Shown: positions 18,266 to 27,915, numbered from the stretch's first letter. The stretch is DNA of 64,000 nucleotides from Candidatus Kerfeldbacteria bacterium (GCA_043813585.1 JBDRKW010000020.1:65185-129184); one strand, 5' to 3'. A program made the numbers and translations. The notes: generated by a model not told the origin, from the letters alone.

Positions 18266-19828
18266 ATGGTACTAAACGATTTCGTGCGCAACGCAGCTGA
18301 AGCGTATCCAGACCAGGCTGCGCTTATTATGCAAATGGGATACCGTACTGTTTCACTGACATTCAGTGAAGCGTACGGGATGGCTAAGAAGACAGCCTGC
18401 ACTCTGGACGCGGAGGGCGTCGCGGCAGGCGATAAAATACTTCTTGCGGCAGGGAACTCGCCGTACTGGATAACCACATGGTTTGGGAACATGCTGCGCG
18501 GTTCCGTCATTGTCCCGCTGAATATCCAGAATACGACAGAGCAGGTGCAAAAGATCGCAGACCAGACCGAAGCAAAACTGTTTATCCATGATGATCAATA
18601 CGTCGGCGAGGCGCCGAAGGGGGTGAAGGCAGTCACGCTCGAGCAGTTCATTGCAAAGGTGGAAGCAGCGGACTGCGGCAACTTCACCGAATATGCGCCG
18701 AAGGAAGACGATCTCGCGGAGATCATGTATACGTCGGGAACGACCGGCGATCCAAAGGGCGTCATGCTGACGCATAACAATCTTACTTCAAATACAAAGG
18801 CGGTAACCGAGGCGCTATATGTTGACCATAATGATGTCTTTCTCTCAATCCTCCCTCTTTCGCACATTTTCGAGCAGACAGCCGGATTTCTGGCGCCCTA
18901 TTCCAGGAATTGCACGATTGTCTATGCCCATACAACTTCAGCAATACAGGAACTGATGAAAGAGTATCGGGCGACTGTTATGGCGGCAGTACCGGAATTC
19001 CTGCAGGTGGTGATGTCAAAAATTGAAGCTTCAGCAGAAGAGCAGGGCAAAGCGGCGCTGTTCGGGAAGCTGCGAAAGGTCTCCCGCGCTATCAAGATCA
19101 AGCCAATCCAGCGGCTGCTTTTCAGCAGCGTGCTAAAGAAATTCGGCGGCCGCCTGCGAATCGTCGCATCCGGCGGAGCCCCGCTAAGTCCGCGTCTTGA
19201 ACGCAAGTGGATGGATTTTGGTGTTGCGCTGCTGCAGGGGTACGGACTCACAGAAACATCGCCGGTAATATCAATGAATACACTGCATAACCATCGCATT
19301 AAATCAATTGGAAAGCCACTCAATAATGTTGAGGTAAAAATCGCGGATGACGAAGAGATTCTGGTAAAAGGCCCGAGTGTGTTTCAGGGGTATTATAAGA
19401 ATAAGGAAAAAACGAAAGCGGCGTTTACCGAAGACGGCTGGTTTAAAACCGATGATATGGGCTCACTTGACGATGACGGCTTTCTGTTCATTAGCGGCCG
19501 AAAAAAATATATGATCCTGGGTCCGGGCGGCCAAAACGTCCATCCGGAAGATATTGAGGAAGTGATCAATGCAGTGGCAGGCATCAAGGATTCAGCAGTT
19601 GTCGGAATTGAGAAGGAAAGCGGAAGGCAGGAGATCCACGCTGCGCTATTATTTGAACAGGGGCAGAAGCCGGATCCGAAGTCAGTTGTTGACGAAGCGA
19701 ACAAAAAGCTGGCGTCGTACCAGCAGATTGCCGGCTGGACCGTATGGGAAGATGACGATTTCCCCAGGTCTGCGACGCGCAAAGTAAAGAAAGAGCAGGT
19801 GTTAACGCATATCCGTGCAAAACGGTGA
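18266..19828 (+). CDS. AMP-dependent long-chain acyl-CoA/acyl-ACP synthetase (possibly the N-terminal part of a frameshifted fusion)
   Basis: YTSGTTGDPKGVMLTH, QGYGLTETSP, GRKK, terminal RKVK lysine. Confidence 0.9.
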   Translation: MVLNDFVRNAAEAYPDQAALIMQMGYRTVSLTFSEAYGMAKKTACTLDAEGVAAGDKILLAAGNSPYWITTWFGNMLRGSVIVPLNIQNTTEQVQKIADQTEAKLFIHDDQYVGEAPKGVKAVTLEQFIAKVEAADCGNFTEYAPKEDDLAEIMYTSGTTGDPKGVMLTHNNLTSNTKAVTEALYVDHNDVFLSILPLSHIFEQTAGFLAPYSRNCTIVYAHTTSAIQELMKEYRATVMAAVPEFLQVVMSKIEASAEEQGKAALFGKLRKVSRAIKIKPIQRLLFSSVLKKFGGRLRIVASGGAPLSPRLERKWMDFGVALLQGYGLTETSPVISMNTLHNHRIKSIGKPLNNVEVKIADDEEILVKGPSVFQGYYKNKEKTKAAFTEDGWFKTDDMGSLDDDGFLFISGRKKYMILGPGGQNVHPEDIEEVINAVAGIKDSAVVGIEKESGRQEIHAALLFEQGQKPDPKSVVDEANKKLASYQQIAGWTVWEDDDFPRSATRKVKKEQVLTHIRAKR

Positions 19829-20723
19829 AAAAAAGGAGAAGCTTCTAAAGATAATTTCGGAGGTCACGGACACGGACGTCAGCACGCTTGCTGATGCAAC
19901 GAACCTAGTGCGCGACCTGCAGGTTGATTCTGTCTTGCGGGTGGAGCTGGCAAGCAGGATTGAAGATGCGTTCGGCGTGGCAATTGACGAACGGAAGGTG
20001 AACCTCGACACTACGGTCGGTGACCTTTTTCATCTGCTGCTCGAGTCGAAACCCGCGGCAAAGTCCTGGAAGTTCAAGGAATGGCCTTTAACATGGTGGG
20101 CGGCGATTATCCGATCATTGATACAGGACTTATTGGTGCACCCGGTACTGAAGCTCGGAGTCAAGAAAGTGGATGTCCGCGGTCTTGAAAACCTTGAGGA
20201 CATGCAGTTTCCCGTCGTGTTCATGCCGAACCATGTACGCTATCTTGATACCGCCATTGTCTACCGCGCCATTCCGCGCAAAATAAGAAAAAAAACAGCC
20301 ATTGCTGCGGCCGTAGACATGGTCTATACGCGGTACAAGCGCTATCGGCGGTTTGCGGAAATCGGCTATAACGCCTTTCCGTTTCCGCGAAAGGAAGGCG
20401 AGAATATCAAGCCCGGACTGGATTACATGGGCAAGATGCTTGACCGCGGATACAATGTTGTGCTTTTTCCCGAGGGCAAGGCGAGCTTCACCGGAAAACT
20501 GCAGCCGATCAAACGCGGCGCAGGATTCATAGCGACGGAGATGAATGCAACCATCATCCCGATGAAAATCACCGGAATTCCGCGCATCATCCCGCCCGAC
20601 CGAACGCTGCCGATCCGGCGTGACACGGTCACTGTCACATTTGGCAAGCCGATCCGCTTTTCAAAGGAGGAGAGCTACATAGAAGCCACGGAAAAGATTT
20701 ACAAGGCGATGCAAACGCTATAA
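19815..20723 (+). CDS. Acyl carrier domain plus PlsC-type lysophospholipid acyltransferase
   Basis: DLQVDSVLRVEL (Ppant Ser), NHVRYLD (HX4D), FPEG; GTG start overlaps the upstream ORF in the +1 frame. Confidence 0.85.
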   Translation: MQNGEKKEKLLKIISEVTDTDVSTLADATNLVRDLQVDSVLRVELASRIEDAFGVAIDERKVNLDTTVGDLFHLLLESKPAAKSWKFKEWPLTWWAAIIRSLIQDLLVHPVLKLGVKKVDVRGLENLEDMQFPVVFMPNHVRYLDTAIVYRAIPRKIRKKTAIAAAVDMVYTRYKRYRRFAEIGYNAFPFPRKEGENIKPGLDYMGKMLDRGYNVVLFPEGKASFTGKLQPIKRGAGFIATEMNATIIPMKITGIPRIIPPDRTLPIRRDTVTVTFGKPIRFSKEESYIEATEKIYKAMQTL

Positions 20724-20760
20724 TTGATTTTCAATAGAAGTATGGTATATTTGTGGTGAT

Positions 20761-20832
20761 ATGCATGCAATCGTTATCACAATTTTCGCGGTGTTCGCAT
20801 TTATCGTTGTTGGCAGCTTTCTCTTCGCTTAG
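20761..20832 (+). CDS. Putative 23-aa single-TM microprotein
   Basis: MHAIVITIFAVFAFIVVGSFLFA; downstream of a TTGATT..TGGTATATT promoter-like sequence. Confidence 0.45.
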   Translation: MHAIVITIFAVFAFIVVGSFLFA

Positions 20833-20841
20833 GTTAGCACA

Positions 20842-21441
20842 ATGAACAGCAGGCTCGTCATGGCGATCGCTGGTTTGAGCATATTATGTATTGCGGGCGG
20901 CGCGGCCGCTTTTATCGTCTTCTCACCGAAGGAGCCATCCCCGACCAACAGCTCCATAATGCAACAAGCAACAATTAGCAAAAGTTCTATGCAATTAACA
21001 AGCAACGCATTTCAACAGAATGAAATGATACCGCCGTTGCACACCTGCGACGGTGCAGGGACAAGTCCCGCTTTTGCAATTGGCGGAGTGCCGGAAGCGG
21101 CACAAAGCCTGGTGTTGATAATGGAAGACCCTGATGTGTCGAGAGCAATCCGGGAGGACGGCATGTGGGACCACTGGCTCATTTGGAACATTGATCCGGC
21201 CACAGCTGCTATACCTGAAGGCACTGATCCGGCCGGAGTACACGGCACCACAACGAGCAATACGACAGCGTACGTACCCCCGTGCCCGCCGGATGCGGAG
21301 CACCGCTATATCTTCAGGCTCTATGCCCTGGACTCACTTCTTGAATTGGCTGAGGGGGCGTCAAAAGCCGAACTTCTTGCAGCTATGGAAGGCCACATCA
21401 TTGAGCGGGCGGAATTAACAGGCCGGTATAACCGTCAATAA
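20842..21441 (+). CDS. YbhB/YbcL (PEBP) family protein with N-terminal anchor
   Basis: LIMEDPD, WDHWLIWNI, YVPPCPP..HRYIFRLYALD. Confidence 0.9.
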   Translation: MNSRLVMAIAGLSILCIAGGAAAFIVFSPKEPSPTNSSIMQQATISKSSMQLTSNAFQQNEMIPPLHTCDGAGTSPAFAIGGVPEAAQSLVLIMEDPDVSRAIREDGMWDHWLIWNIDPATAAIPEGTDPAGVHGTTTSNTTAYVPPCPPDAEHRYIFRLYALDSLLELAEGASKAELLAAMEGHIIERAELTGRYNRQ

Positions 21442-21442
21442 G

Positions 21443-22009
21443 ATGAAACAGGCGATTATTGTCCATTGCTGGGGAGGCGGTCCGGACTATTGCTGGTACC
21501 CTCAGACAAAAAAGGAGTTGGAGGATCTTGGTTTTAGTGTACAGGTGCCGGCCATGCCGGATACGGAAAATCCTAAATTGGATGCGTGGCTATCTGCGTT
21601 GAAAGGGGTAGTTGAAGCACCAACAGAAAATCTGTATCTCATCGGCCACAGCGCCGGATGCATTACCATTATGCGCTATTTGGAAACACTTCCGTCAAAC
21701 ACACAAATCGGCGGTGTTGTATTTGTAGCGGGTTTTACAGACGACCTTGGTTTTGAAGAAATCAAGACGTTCTTCCGGGAACCGCTGGATTTTGAAAAGA
21801 TAAAATCCGCTGCAAAGAAATTCGTGGCGATCCATTCTGACAATGATCCCTATGTCGCGCTCCGCTACGGGGATATTCTCAAAGAAAAGCTCGGTGCCGA
21901 AGTCATCGTAAAGAACAATGCAGGTCATTTTTCAGGCCCTGTCGATGATGAGGGGAGCTGCCTGTCACTGCCCGAAGTCGCAGAGTCGATAAGAAAGATG
22001 CCCGTATGA
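21443..22009 (+). CDS. RBBP9/YdeN family alpha/beta serine hydrolase
   Basis: WYP, GHSAG nucleophile elbow, SDNDPYV, AGHF. Confidence 0.9.
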   Translation: MKQAIIVHCWGGGPDYCWYPQTKKELEDLGFSVQVPAMPDTENPKLDAWLSALKGVVEAPTENLYLIGHSAGCITIMRYLETLPSNTQIGGVVFVAGFTDDLGFEEIKTFFREPLDFEKIKSAAKKFVAIHSDNDPYVALRYGDILKEKLGAEVIVKNNAGHFSGPVDDEGSCLSLPEVAESIRKMPV

Positions 22010-22770
22010 AAGTATCAGTCGTCTGCCCCGTTCATAACGAGGAGGCTATTATTGAGCAAAGCCTTTCTTCGCTGTTACGGCAAACCGTCCTGCCGAACGA
22101 AGTCATTATTGTCGATAACAATTCCACGGACCGGACATACAGCATCATTAAATCCCTTCAGCCGAAGTTTGAAAAGAGGGGAGTATACCTGGTGCCGCTC
22201 TCCTGCGTAAACGGGAACCAAATCGAGGCGCGCATATTGGGATTTGGCACGGCAAAGCATGAATTGATCGTTTCGATGGACGCAGATACGGTATTCAAGA
22301 TCGATTGGTTCGAAAAGGCGACCAAGTTCTTTTCCGCGAATCCTGATGTTGTTGCCGTGGGAGGCAGGATCTTGTATGACGATGCCGTTATCACATTCTT
22401 TCATAGCCTGGTGTTTTTCTTCTACCGGCTGTTTCCGAGGAGGTATAATTTCTACGGTTCAAACGCTGCGTTCAGAAAGGGCGCCTATCTTGAATCCGAC
22501 GGCCTGAAAGGCTGCCGCATGACGTATGAAACAAAGAAATTCCAGGAACCGTATGACGACGTTTATTTGTCGTTCATGTTAAAAGTAATGGGGCAGGTAG
22601 TACCGGTTCCAGAACTCATTGTGCACGGCCTATCGCGCAAAGACGGCGAGCACGTATCGCTCGTTCGAGCGCTCGGCCGGCTCCTGCGGCAGCTCCGAGA
22701 GACGCTCTGGCTTCAGAAACATTTACTCAATAAAGTTGAACGTGCTACAATCAGTCGGAATTCAACGTAG
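22006..22770 (+). CDS. Family 2 glycosyltransferase
   Basis: PVHNEE, VDNNSTD, DAD motif. Confidence 0.85.
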   Translation: MKVSVVCPVHNEEAIIEQSLSSLLRQTVLPNEVIIVDNNSTDRTYSIIKSLQPKFEKRGVYLVPLSCVNGNQIEARILGFGTAKHELIVSMDADTVFKIDWFEKATKFFSANPDVVAVGGRILYDDAVITFFHSLVFFFYRLFPRRYNFYGSNAAFRKGAYLESDGLKGCRMTYETKKFQEPYDDVYLSFMLKVMGQVVPVPELIVHGLSRKDGEHVSLVRALGRLLRQLRETLWLQKHLLNKVERATISRNST

Positions 22771-22771
22771 C

Positions 22772-23374
22772 ATGAACATACAACAAGCAGTACAACAGAT
22801 AAGAGAAGGTGGTTTTGTTGCGGTAACAGATGATGAGGACCGCGAAAACGAAGCAGACCTAGTGATTGCAGCTCAGCATATTACACCAGAGCTGATGGCT
22901 TTTATGATCCGCAATACCAGCGGGATTATCTGCATCGCCATGGAGGAGGCGCGCCTGAAGGAACTGGAACTGAATCTTTTGCGCGAAACGGACAACACAG
23001 CCCATTTCGGCACGCCGTTTACCATGCCCGTAGACGTAAAGCAGAATACGCGAGGCGGCGTTTCTGCTGAAGAGCGTGTGCAAACCGTGCGGGCATTGAT
23101 CGATCCGGACGCAAAACCGGATGATTTCGGACGGCCGGGGCATGTTTTTCCATTGCGCGTCCATCCGGAAGGCCTTCGCGGCCGTCTTGGCCATACAGAA
23201 GCCTCTATAGATCTCATAAGGCGCGCAAAATGCACGCCAGCGGCGGTTATTGCTGAATTGCTGAATGAAGACGGCTCGCTCATGCGCGGCGCGGATCTGC
23301 GTGATTTTCTCGAAAAAAACAAGATCCCGTTGGTTTCTGTCCGTGAACTCGTAGAAGGCGAAAAACAGACTTGA
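22772..23374 (+). CDS. ribB: 3,4-dihydroxy-2-butanone-4-phosphate synthase (stand-alone)
   Basis: DDEDRENEADL, RPGHVFPL, GHTEA; ATG at 22772. Confidence 0.92.
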   Translation: MNIQQAVQQIREGGFVAVTDDEDRENEADLVIAAQHITPELMAFMIRNTSGIICIAMEEARLKELELNLLRETDNTAHFGTPFTMPVDVKQNTRGGVSAEERVQTVRALIDPDAKPDDFGRPGHVFPLRVHPEGLRGRLGHTEASIDLIRRAKCTPAAVIAELLNEDGSLMRGADLRDFLEKNKIPLVSVRELVEGEKQT

Positions 23375-23442
23375 ACAAAGTGAAAAAACGGTATATAACG
23401 TGTACAAGGCCTGTACGGTCTTTTAACGTAATATCGCCAAAA

Positions 23443-24210
23443 ATGAAAATCCAAGTTATCGGTCTGCAGAGAAGCGACCTCATTTCATACATAAAAAAGA
23501 ACCATCCGAAAATTACGATTGTTGAGAAAGATCCGGAGCTTATCATCTGTTACGGCGGCGACGGAACACTCCTGTATGGCGAACGCATGTATCCCGGCGT
23601 GCCGAAAGTATTGCTGCGCAACAGCCTCATCTGCAATCTTTGCGCAAAGATCGCGAAGGATGAGATCCCTCAGCTCCTTCTTGAAAAAAAATTCACCATT
23701 GTCGAACATATCAAACTGGAAGGTTCGTACGACGGAAAATCGCTCAAAGCGCTGAACGACATTGTCGTTGCACACCCGAACGTCAACGGCACCCTGCGCG
23801 CCATCGTCTACGTGAACGGAAAAAAATACGGCGGAGAGATTCTTGGCGACGGTTTGATTATCGCAACGCCGATCGGTTCAACAGGGTATTTCCAGAGCAT
23901 CACGCGCAGCAATTTCCAGACCGGTATTGCGTTGGCGTTCAATAACAGCGTGAAGATTATCAACCATGTTGTGCTTAAAGAAGATTCGAAGATAGAGGTA
24001 GAGGTCACCAGGGGTCCGGGCGTACTGGCTGCGGATAATGATGAAGATCAGATCAGCCTAACCACAGGTGACAAAGTCCGGGTTGAGGCATCCGGCGAAA
24101 AAGCTCAATTAGTCGAATTTAATGAAGAGTACGAGCGGTTCAACGTTACCACCAGCACCAACCGTGTCCCGCTCGGCTTCTGCCAGATTTGCAAGCAGAA
24201 TTATGACTAA
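23443..24210 (+). CDS. nadK: NAD(+) kinase
   Basis: GGDGT, LND, GDGLIIATPIGSTGY; start 23443 preferred. Confidence 0.85.
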   Translation: MKIQVIGLQRSDLISYIKKNHPKITIVEKDPELIICYGGDGTLLYGERMYPGVPKVLLRNSLICNLCAKIAKDEIPQLLLEKKFTIVEHIKLEGSYDGKSLKALNDIVVAHPNVNGTLRAIVYVNGKKYGGEILGDGLIIATPIGSTGYFQSITRSNFQTGIALAFNNSVKIINHVVLKEDSKIEVEVTRGPGVLAADNDEDQISLTTGDKVRVEASGEKAQLVEFNEEYERFNVTTSTNRVPLGFCQICKQNYD

Positions 24211-24772
24211 GCCGGCGGTTACTGTTGTTACCACCAACACGAGCAAGTTCAACCAGATCACCGAGGCATTAAGCCATTATGATATCCGGACGCAGCTTCT
24301 GGATGTTGATATTACAGAAATAAAGAGCCTCGATGTGACGGCAGTCGTTCGCGACAAAGCGGTAAAAGCATATGAGCAGGCAGGCGAACCGGTGTTAGTG
24401 GATGATTCAGGCATCTATTTTGATGCCTATAAGGATTTCCCCGGGACATATTCAAAGTTTCTCTATAAGACGATAGGGTTTGACGGTATTTTAAAGCTTG
24501 TGCAGCCCGGAGACAGTGCGGTGTTCATTTCGTACGCTGCATATATGGATAATACGCTGGACGAGCCGATGCTGTTCAAAGGTGAATATTCGGGAACGAT
24601 TACGGAACAATTTGACCAGTCGAAGGATTACGAGATGCCGTACGCGCCAATGTTTATCCCATTGGGCGAGAGCAAAGATATGGCCTCCATGACTCCGGAA
24701 GAGCGGGGGAACGACCACCGCCACCAGGCGATTGATGCATTTGCAAAGTGGTTTAATGAACGGCAGCCATGA
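24203..24772 (+). CDS. Ham1/RdgB-family non-canonical NTP pyrophosphatase (divergent)
   Basis: TTNTSK, DDSG..FDA...FPG.YSK, terminal HR. Confidence 0.85.
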   Translation: MTKPAVTVVTTNTSKFNQITEALSHYDIRTQLLDVDITEIKSLDVTAVVRDKAVKAYEQAGEPVLVDDSGIYFDAYKDFPGTYSKFLYKTIGFDGILKLVQPGDSAVFISYAAYMDNTLDEPMLFKGEYSGTITEQFDQSKDYEMPYAPMFIPLGESKDMASMTPEERGNDHRHQAIDAFAKWFNERQP

Positions 24773-25929
24773 AACAGGTTGTCGTCGCAAACATCGGGGA
24801 GCTGGTACTTAAAGGCGGGAACCGCCGGTCATTTGAGGGGACGCTTTTAAAAAATATCGATATCGCTCTTAAAGGTTTGGGCGTGAAGGTGAAAAAGGGC
24901 TACGGCATTATTACAATATCCGGATCTGGTGAAAAGGAAATAAATGCAAAGGAGGTTATGCAGCGGTTGCAGCATGTTTTTGGGATCGCATCGCTGTATG
25001 CCGCGACCGAAATAGAGAACGATGCACAAGCCATCGAAAACCATGCGTTACAGCAGCTTGGACAACTGACGTATAAGACGTTTGCGATTCGCGTGAAGCG
25101 GACAAACAAAAAATTCCCGGTCTCAAGCGGAGAGCTGGAAAAAAAGATCGGTGCTGCCGCATGCGCATCGTATGCAAAGGATGTAGATTTAACAGATCCA
25201 GATGTCACAGTGCATATTCGCATCGCAGAGGATAATGCGATGGTGTATGCCGAGAAAATCTCCGGAGCGGGCGGTTTGCCGGTCGGAACGGGCGGCAAGA
25301 TGCTGTCTCTAATTTCTTCAGGCATTGATTCGCCGGTCGCCAGTTCTATGATGATGCGCCGGGGAGCAAGCGTGCACTATATCCATTTCCATAGTTATCC
25401 TGCAACAAGCAGGGCGTCTGCGGAAAACGCGGAACAGCTTGTTAAGATTATCCAACAGCATCAGCCGCCGACAACACTGGCCATGGCGCCGTTTCATGAT
25501 TTCCAAAAGCAGATTATTGAAAAAGCGCCTGCGCCGCTTCGCGTTGTGATGTACAGGCGCGGAATGTACGCCATTGCGGATGCGCTCGCCGGCAGGATGC
25601 GCGTAAAAGCGCTTATTTCAGGCGAGAGCCTCGGCCAGGTCGCATCGCAAACCGTCCAGAACATGACGGCTACATCGTACGGGCTGAAACGACCGGTATT
25701 CAGGCCGCTCATCGGCATGGATAAGCAGGAGATCGTCGACCGCGCAACGGCAATTAATACCTACGAAACGTCCATCCGGCCGTATGACGACTGTTGTTCA
25801 TTCCTCGTACCGGAGCATGTTGAAACAAGCGCGAAGCTTAGAGAAGTGCTGGACATAGAACAATCGCTGCCATGGAATGAGATGATTTCAGGAGTTCTTG
25901 ATCAACTCGAAGTGAAAAAGGTGGTATAA
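24769..25929 (+). CDS. thiI: tRNA 4-thiouridine synthase ThiI (THUMP + PP-loop, no rhodanese domain)
   Basis: ELVLKGGNR, GGLPVG, SGIDSPVA, GESLGQVASQT, RPL, DCC. Confidence 0.92.
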   Translation: MKQVVVANIGELVLKGGNRRSFEGTLLKNIDIALKGLGVKVKKGYGIITISGSGEKEINAKEVMQRLQHVFGIASLYAATEIENDAQAIENHALQQLGQLTYKTFAIRVKRTNKKFPVSSGELEKKIGAAACASYAKDVDLTDPDVTVHIRIAEDNAMVYAEKISGAGGLPVGTGGKMLSLISSGIDSPVASSMMMRRGASVHYIHFHSYPATSRASAENAEQLVKIIQQHQPPTTLAMAPFHDFQKQIIEKAPAPLRVVMYRRGMYAIADALAGRMRVKALISGESLGQVASQTVQNMTATSYGLKRPVFRPLIGMDKQEIVDRATAINTYETSIRPYDDCCSFLVPEHVETSAKLREVLDIEQSLPWNEMISGVLDQLEVKKVV

Positions 25930-25936
25930 TGTCATT

Positions 25937-26128
25937 ATGAAGGAAGCGCAACAATATCGCTGCCGGGACTGCGACAACATCTCCTGGCAGCCGGAAATAT
26001 GCCACGGCGTCCCAATGGAAGCGCTCTGTTACTGTGGTTCAGGGGAGTTTTTAAGCGACTGCCATGGCGAAGAGGGAAGCGAAGCGGCGCGTGCCGCGGG
26101 ACAATTTGAACCGAAGCAACCGGCATGA
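25937..26128 (+). CDS. Small Cys/His-rich metal-binding protein with SEC-C-like motif
   Basis: CRDC...CHGVPM and CYCGSG....DCH; extended -10 six nt upstream; overlaps next ATG. Confidence 0.7.
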   Translation: MKEAQQYRCRDCDNISWQPEICHGVPMEALCYCGSGEFLSDCHGEEGSEAARAAGQFEPKQPA

Positions 26129-27477
26129 AAATTACGTTTTGCGGAGCCACGCGGCAGGTTACCGGATCCTGCTATCTCGTTGAAACGGCAGAATCCAAGG
26201 TTCTTATCGACTGCGGTTTATTTCAGGGCGGCCGTATTGGTGAAAAACAGAATCTCGACAAGTTTCCGTTCAACCCGAAAGATATTACTGCGGTTGTACT
26301 TACGCATTCCCACCTGGACCACAGCGGCCGTATTCCGCGCCTGGTCCGGCATGGGTTCCGCGGACCTATTTACGCGACCAATCCGACCGTGAAATTTGCA
26401 CAGCTTTTTTTGGAAGACTCCGTTCATATTCTTGAGCAGGAAGCAGAGCGCCATCGCCATGAGCCCATATACCAGGAGGATGATGTCGTTCAGGCTTCGC
26501 GACAGTTTGAAGGCGTTGTCTATCACGATATGGTTGAAATAGCGCCCGGAATCTCTGCTCAATTTTTTGATGCGGGACATATCCTCGGTTCGGCATCGGT
26601 GCGCATTACCGCAGAGGGGAAATCAGTCGTCTTTTCGGGCGACCTTGGAAACCCGCCGGTTCCTATCCTGAAGCCAACGGAGTCGATTGACGATGCTGAT
26701 TTCGTGATCATGGAATCAACCTACGGCGCGCGCCTTCATGAAGATAAGGACAACCGCCGCCTTATCCTGCAGTCAGCGATCTATGAGACAATCATAATGA
26801 AAGGCGTGCTGATGATCCCCGCATTTGCCATGGAGCGTACGCAGGAAATCCTGTATGAGCTCAACGACATGATGAACAACAATGACATACCGCGTGTTCC
26901 CATCTTCCTCGACAGCCCGCTTGCCATCAGGGCTACGCGCATATTCAAGGAGTATGAAAAACATTTCAACAAGGAGGCGCGCGGAAATATTAAAAGCGGC
27001 GATGACATTTTTCATTTTCCCGGCCTGCATATGACCCTTGATTCCGTTGAGTCCAAAGCCATCAATGATGCTCCGGCCCCAAAGGTGATCATCGCCGGTT
27101 CGGGTATGGCGCAGGGCGGGAGGATCCTGCACCATATCAAACGGTATATAGGGCATTTTGCGAACCAATATCTCATTGTCGGTTATCAGGTGGAAGGTTC
27201 GCTCGGCCGCCGCATTCTTGACGGCGAAAAGACAATTAAAGTTCATGGGTCGCCATACACCGTTCGGGCAAAGGTGCGCGCAATCGGCGGCTATTCTTCG
27301 CATGCCGACCGCGACAAGCTCACGACATGGGTTAGCGAATTCGACCGGAAGAAATTGAAGAAAGTGTTCATCACGCACGGGGAAGAGATGCAGTCCCTCG
27401 AGCTTCAGCGCCATTTTCAGCAACAATTTGAATTCGAACCGGTCGTGCCTACTATGCTTGAATCATTTGAGCTCTAG
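26125..27477 (+). CDS. MBL-fold beta-CASP ribonuclease
   Basis: THSHLDHSG, AGHILGS, SGDLG, MESTYG, SSHAD, THGE. Confidence 0.92.
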   Translation: MKITFCGATRQVTGSCYLVETAESKVLIDCGLFQGGRIGEKQNLDKFPFNPKDITAVVLTHSHLDHSGRIPRLVRHGFRGPIYATNPTVKFAQLFLEDSVHILEQEAERHRHEPIYQEDDVVQASRQFEGVVYHDMVEIAPGISAQFFDAGHILGSASVRITAEGKSVVFSGDLGNPPVPILKPTESIDDADFVIMESTYGARLHEDKDNRRLILQSAIYETIIMKGVLMIPAFAMERTQEILYELNDMMNNNDIPRVPIFLDSPLAIRATRIFKEYEKHFNKEARGNIKSGDDIFHFPGLHMTLDSVESKAINDAPAPKVIIAGSGMAQGGRILHHIKRYIGHFANQYLIVGYQVEGSLGRRILDGEKTIKVHGSPYTVRAKVRAIGGYSSHADRDKLTTWVSEFDRKKLKKVFITHGEEMQSLELQRHFQQQFEFEPVVPTMLESFEL

Positions 27478-27518
27478 CGTTATACTATATCTACAATCAA
27501 CATAACTAAGGAGGCACT

Positions 27519-27848
27519 ATGGCAAAAAAGAAAAATGTATCAAAGTTTCTTATCGGCGCCGGAGTCGCGGCAGCAGTCGCGGCAGGCGTAGTCGGGTTCC
27601 TGACCCAGACGAAGAAGGGGAAAGAGCTCACAAAAAAAGGTAAGGACGCGGCAGGCGAAATTGCAAAGAATGTCGCTGTCAAAGCGGAAAAGATGAAGGT
27701 CGCTACAAAGGCAAAGTATGACGAGATCGTCGACGACGTCGTGGCAGAATACCAGAAGAAGAAAAAGATCACGAAGAGCACGGCAGACGAGCTTGCAACG
27801 GAGCTCAAGAAGGAATGGATCAAAGTCAAGCGCGAATTGAAAAAATAA
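27519..27848 (+). CDS. YtxH-like Lys-rich helical protein
   Basis: Hydrophobic GAGVAAAVAAG, KKGKEL, amphipathic tail; TAAGGAGG SD. Confidence 0.65.
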   Translation: MAKKKNVSKFLIGAGVAAAVAAGVVGFLTQTKKGKELTKKGKDAAGEIAKNVAVKAEKMKVATKAKYDEIVDDVVAEYQKKKKITKSTADELATELKKEWIKVKRELKK

Positions 27849-27855
27849 CAATACG

Positions 27856-27882
27856 AAAGGCCGCCTCACCGGGCGGCTTTTT
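27856..27882. terminator. Intrinsic terminator between convergent genes
   Basis: AAAGGCCGCCT-CACC-GGGCGGCTTTTT. Confidence 0.8.
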
Positions 27883-27915
27883 GCTTCCTGCGAATTTAAA
27901 AATGGTCTGAAAAGA

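Noticed and set aside
19826-19828. TGA recoding (genetic code 25 or selenocysteine) at the end of the acyl synthetase
   Set aside because: In-frame readthrough does not reach the ACP frame, and many other genes end normally in TGA.
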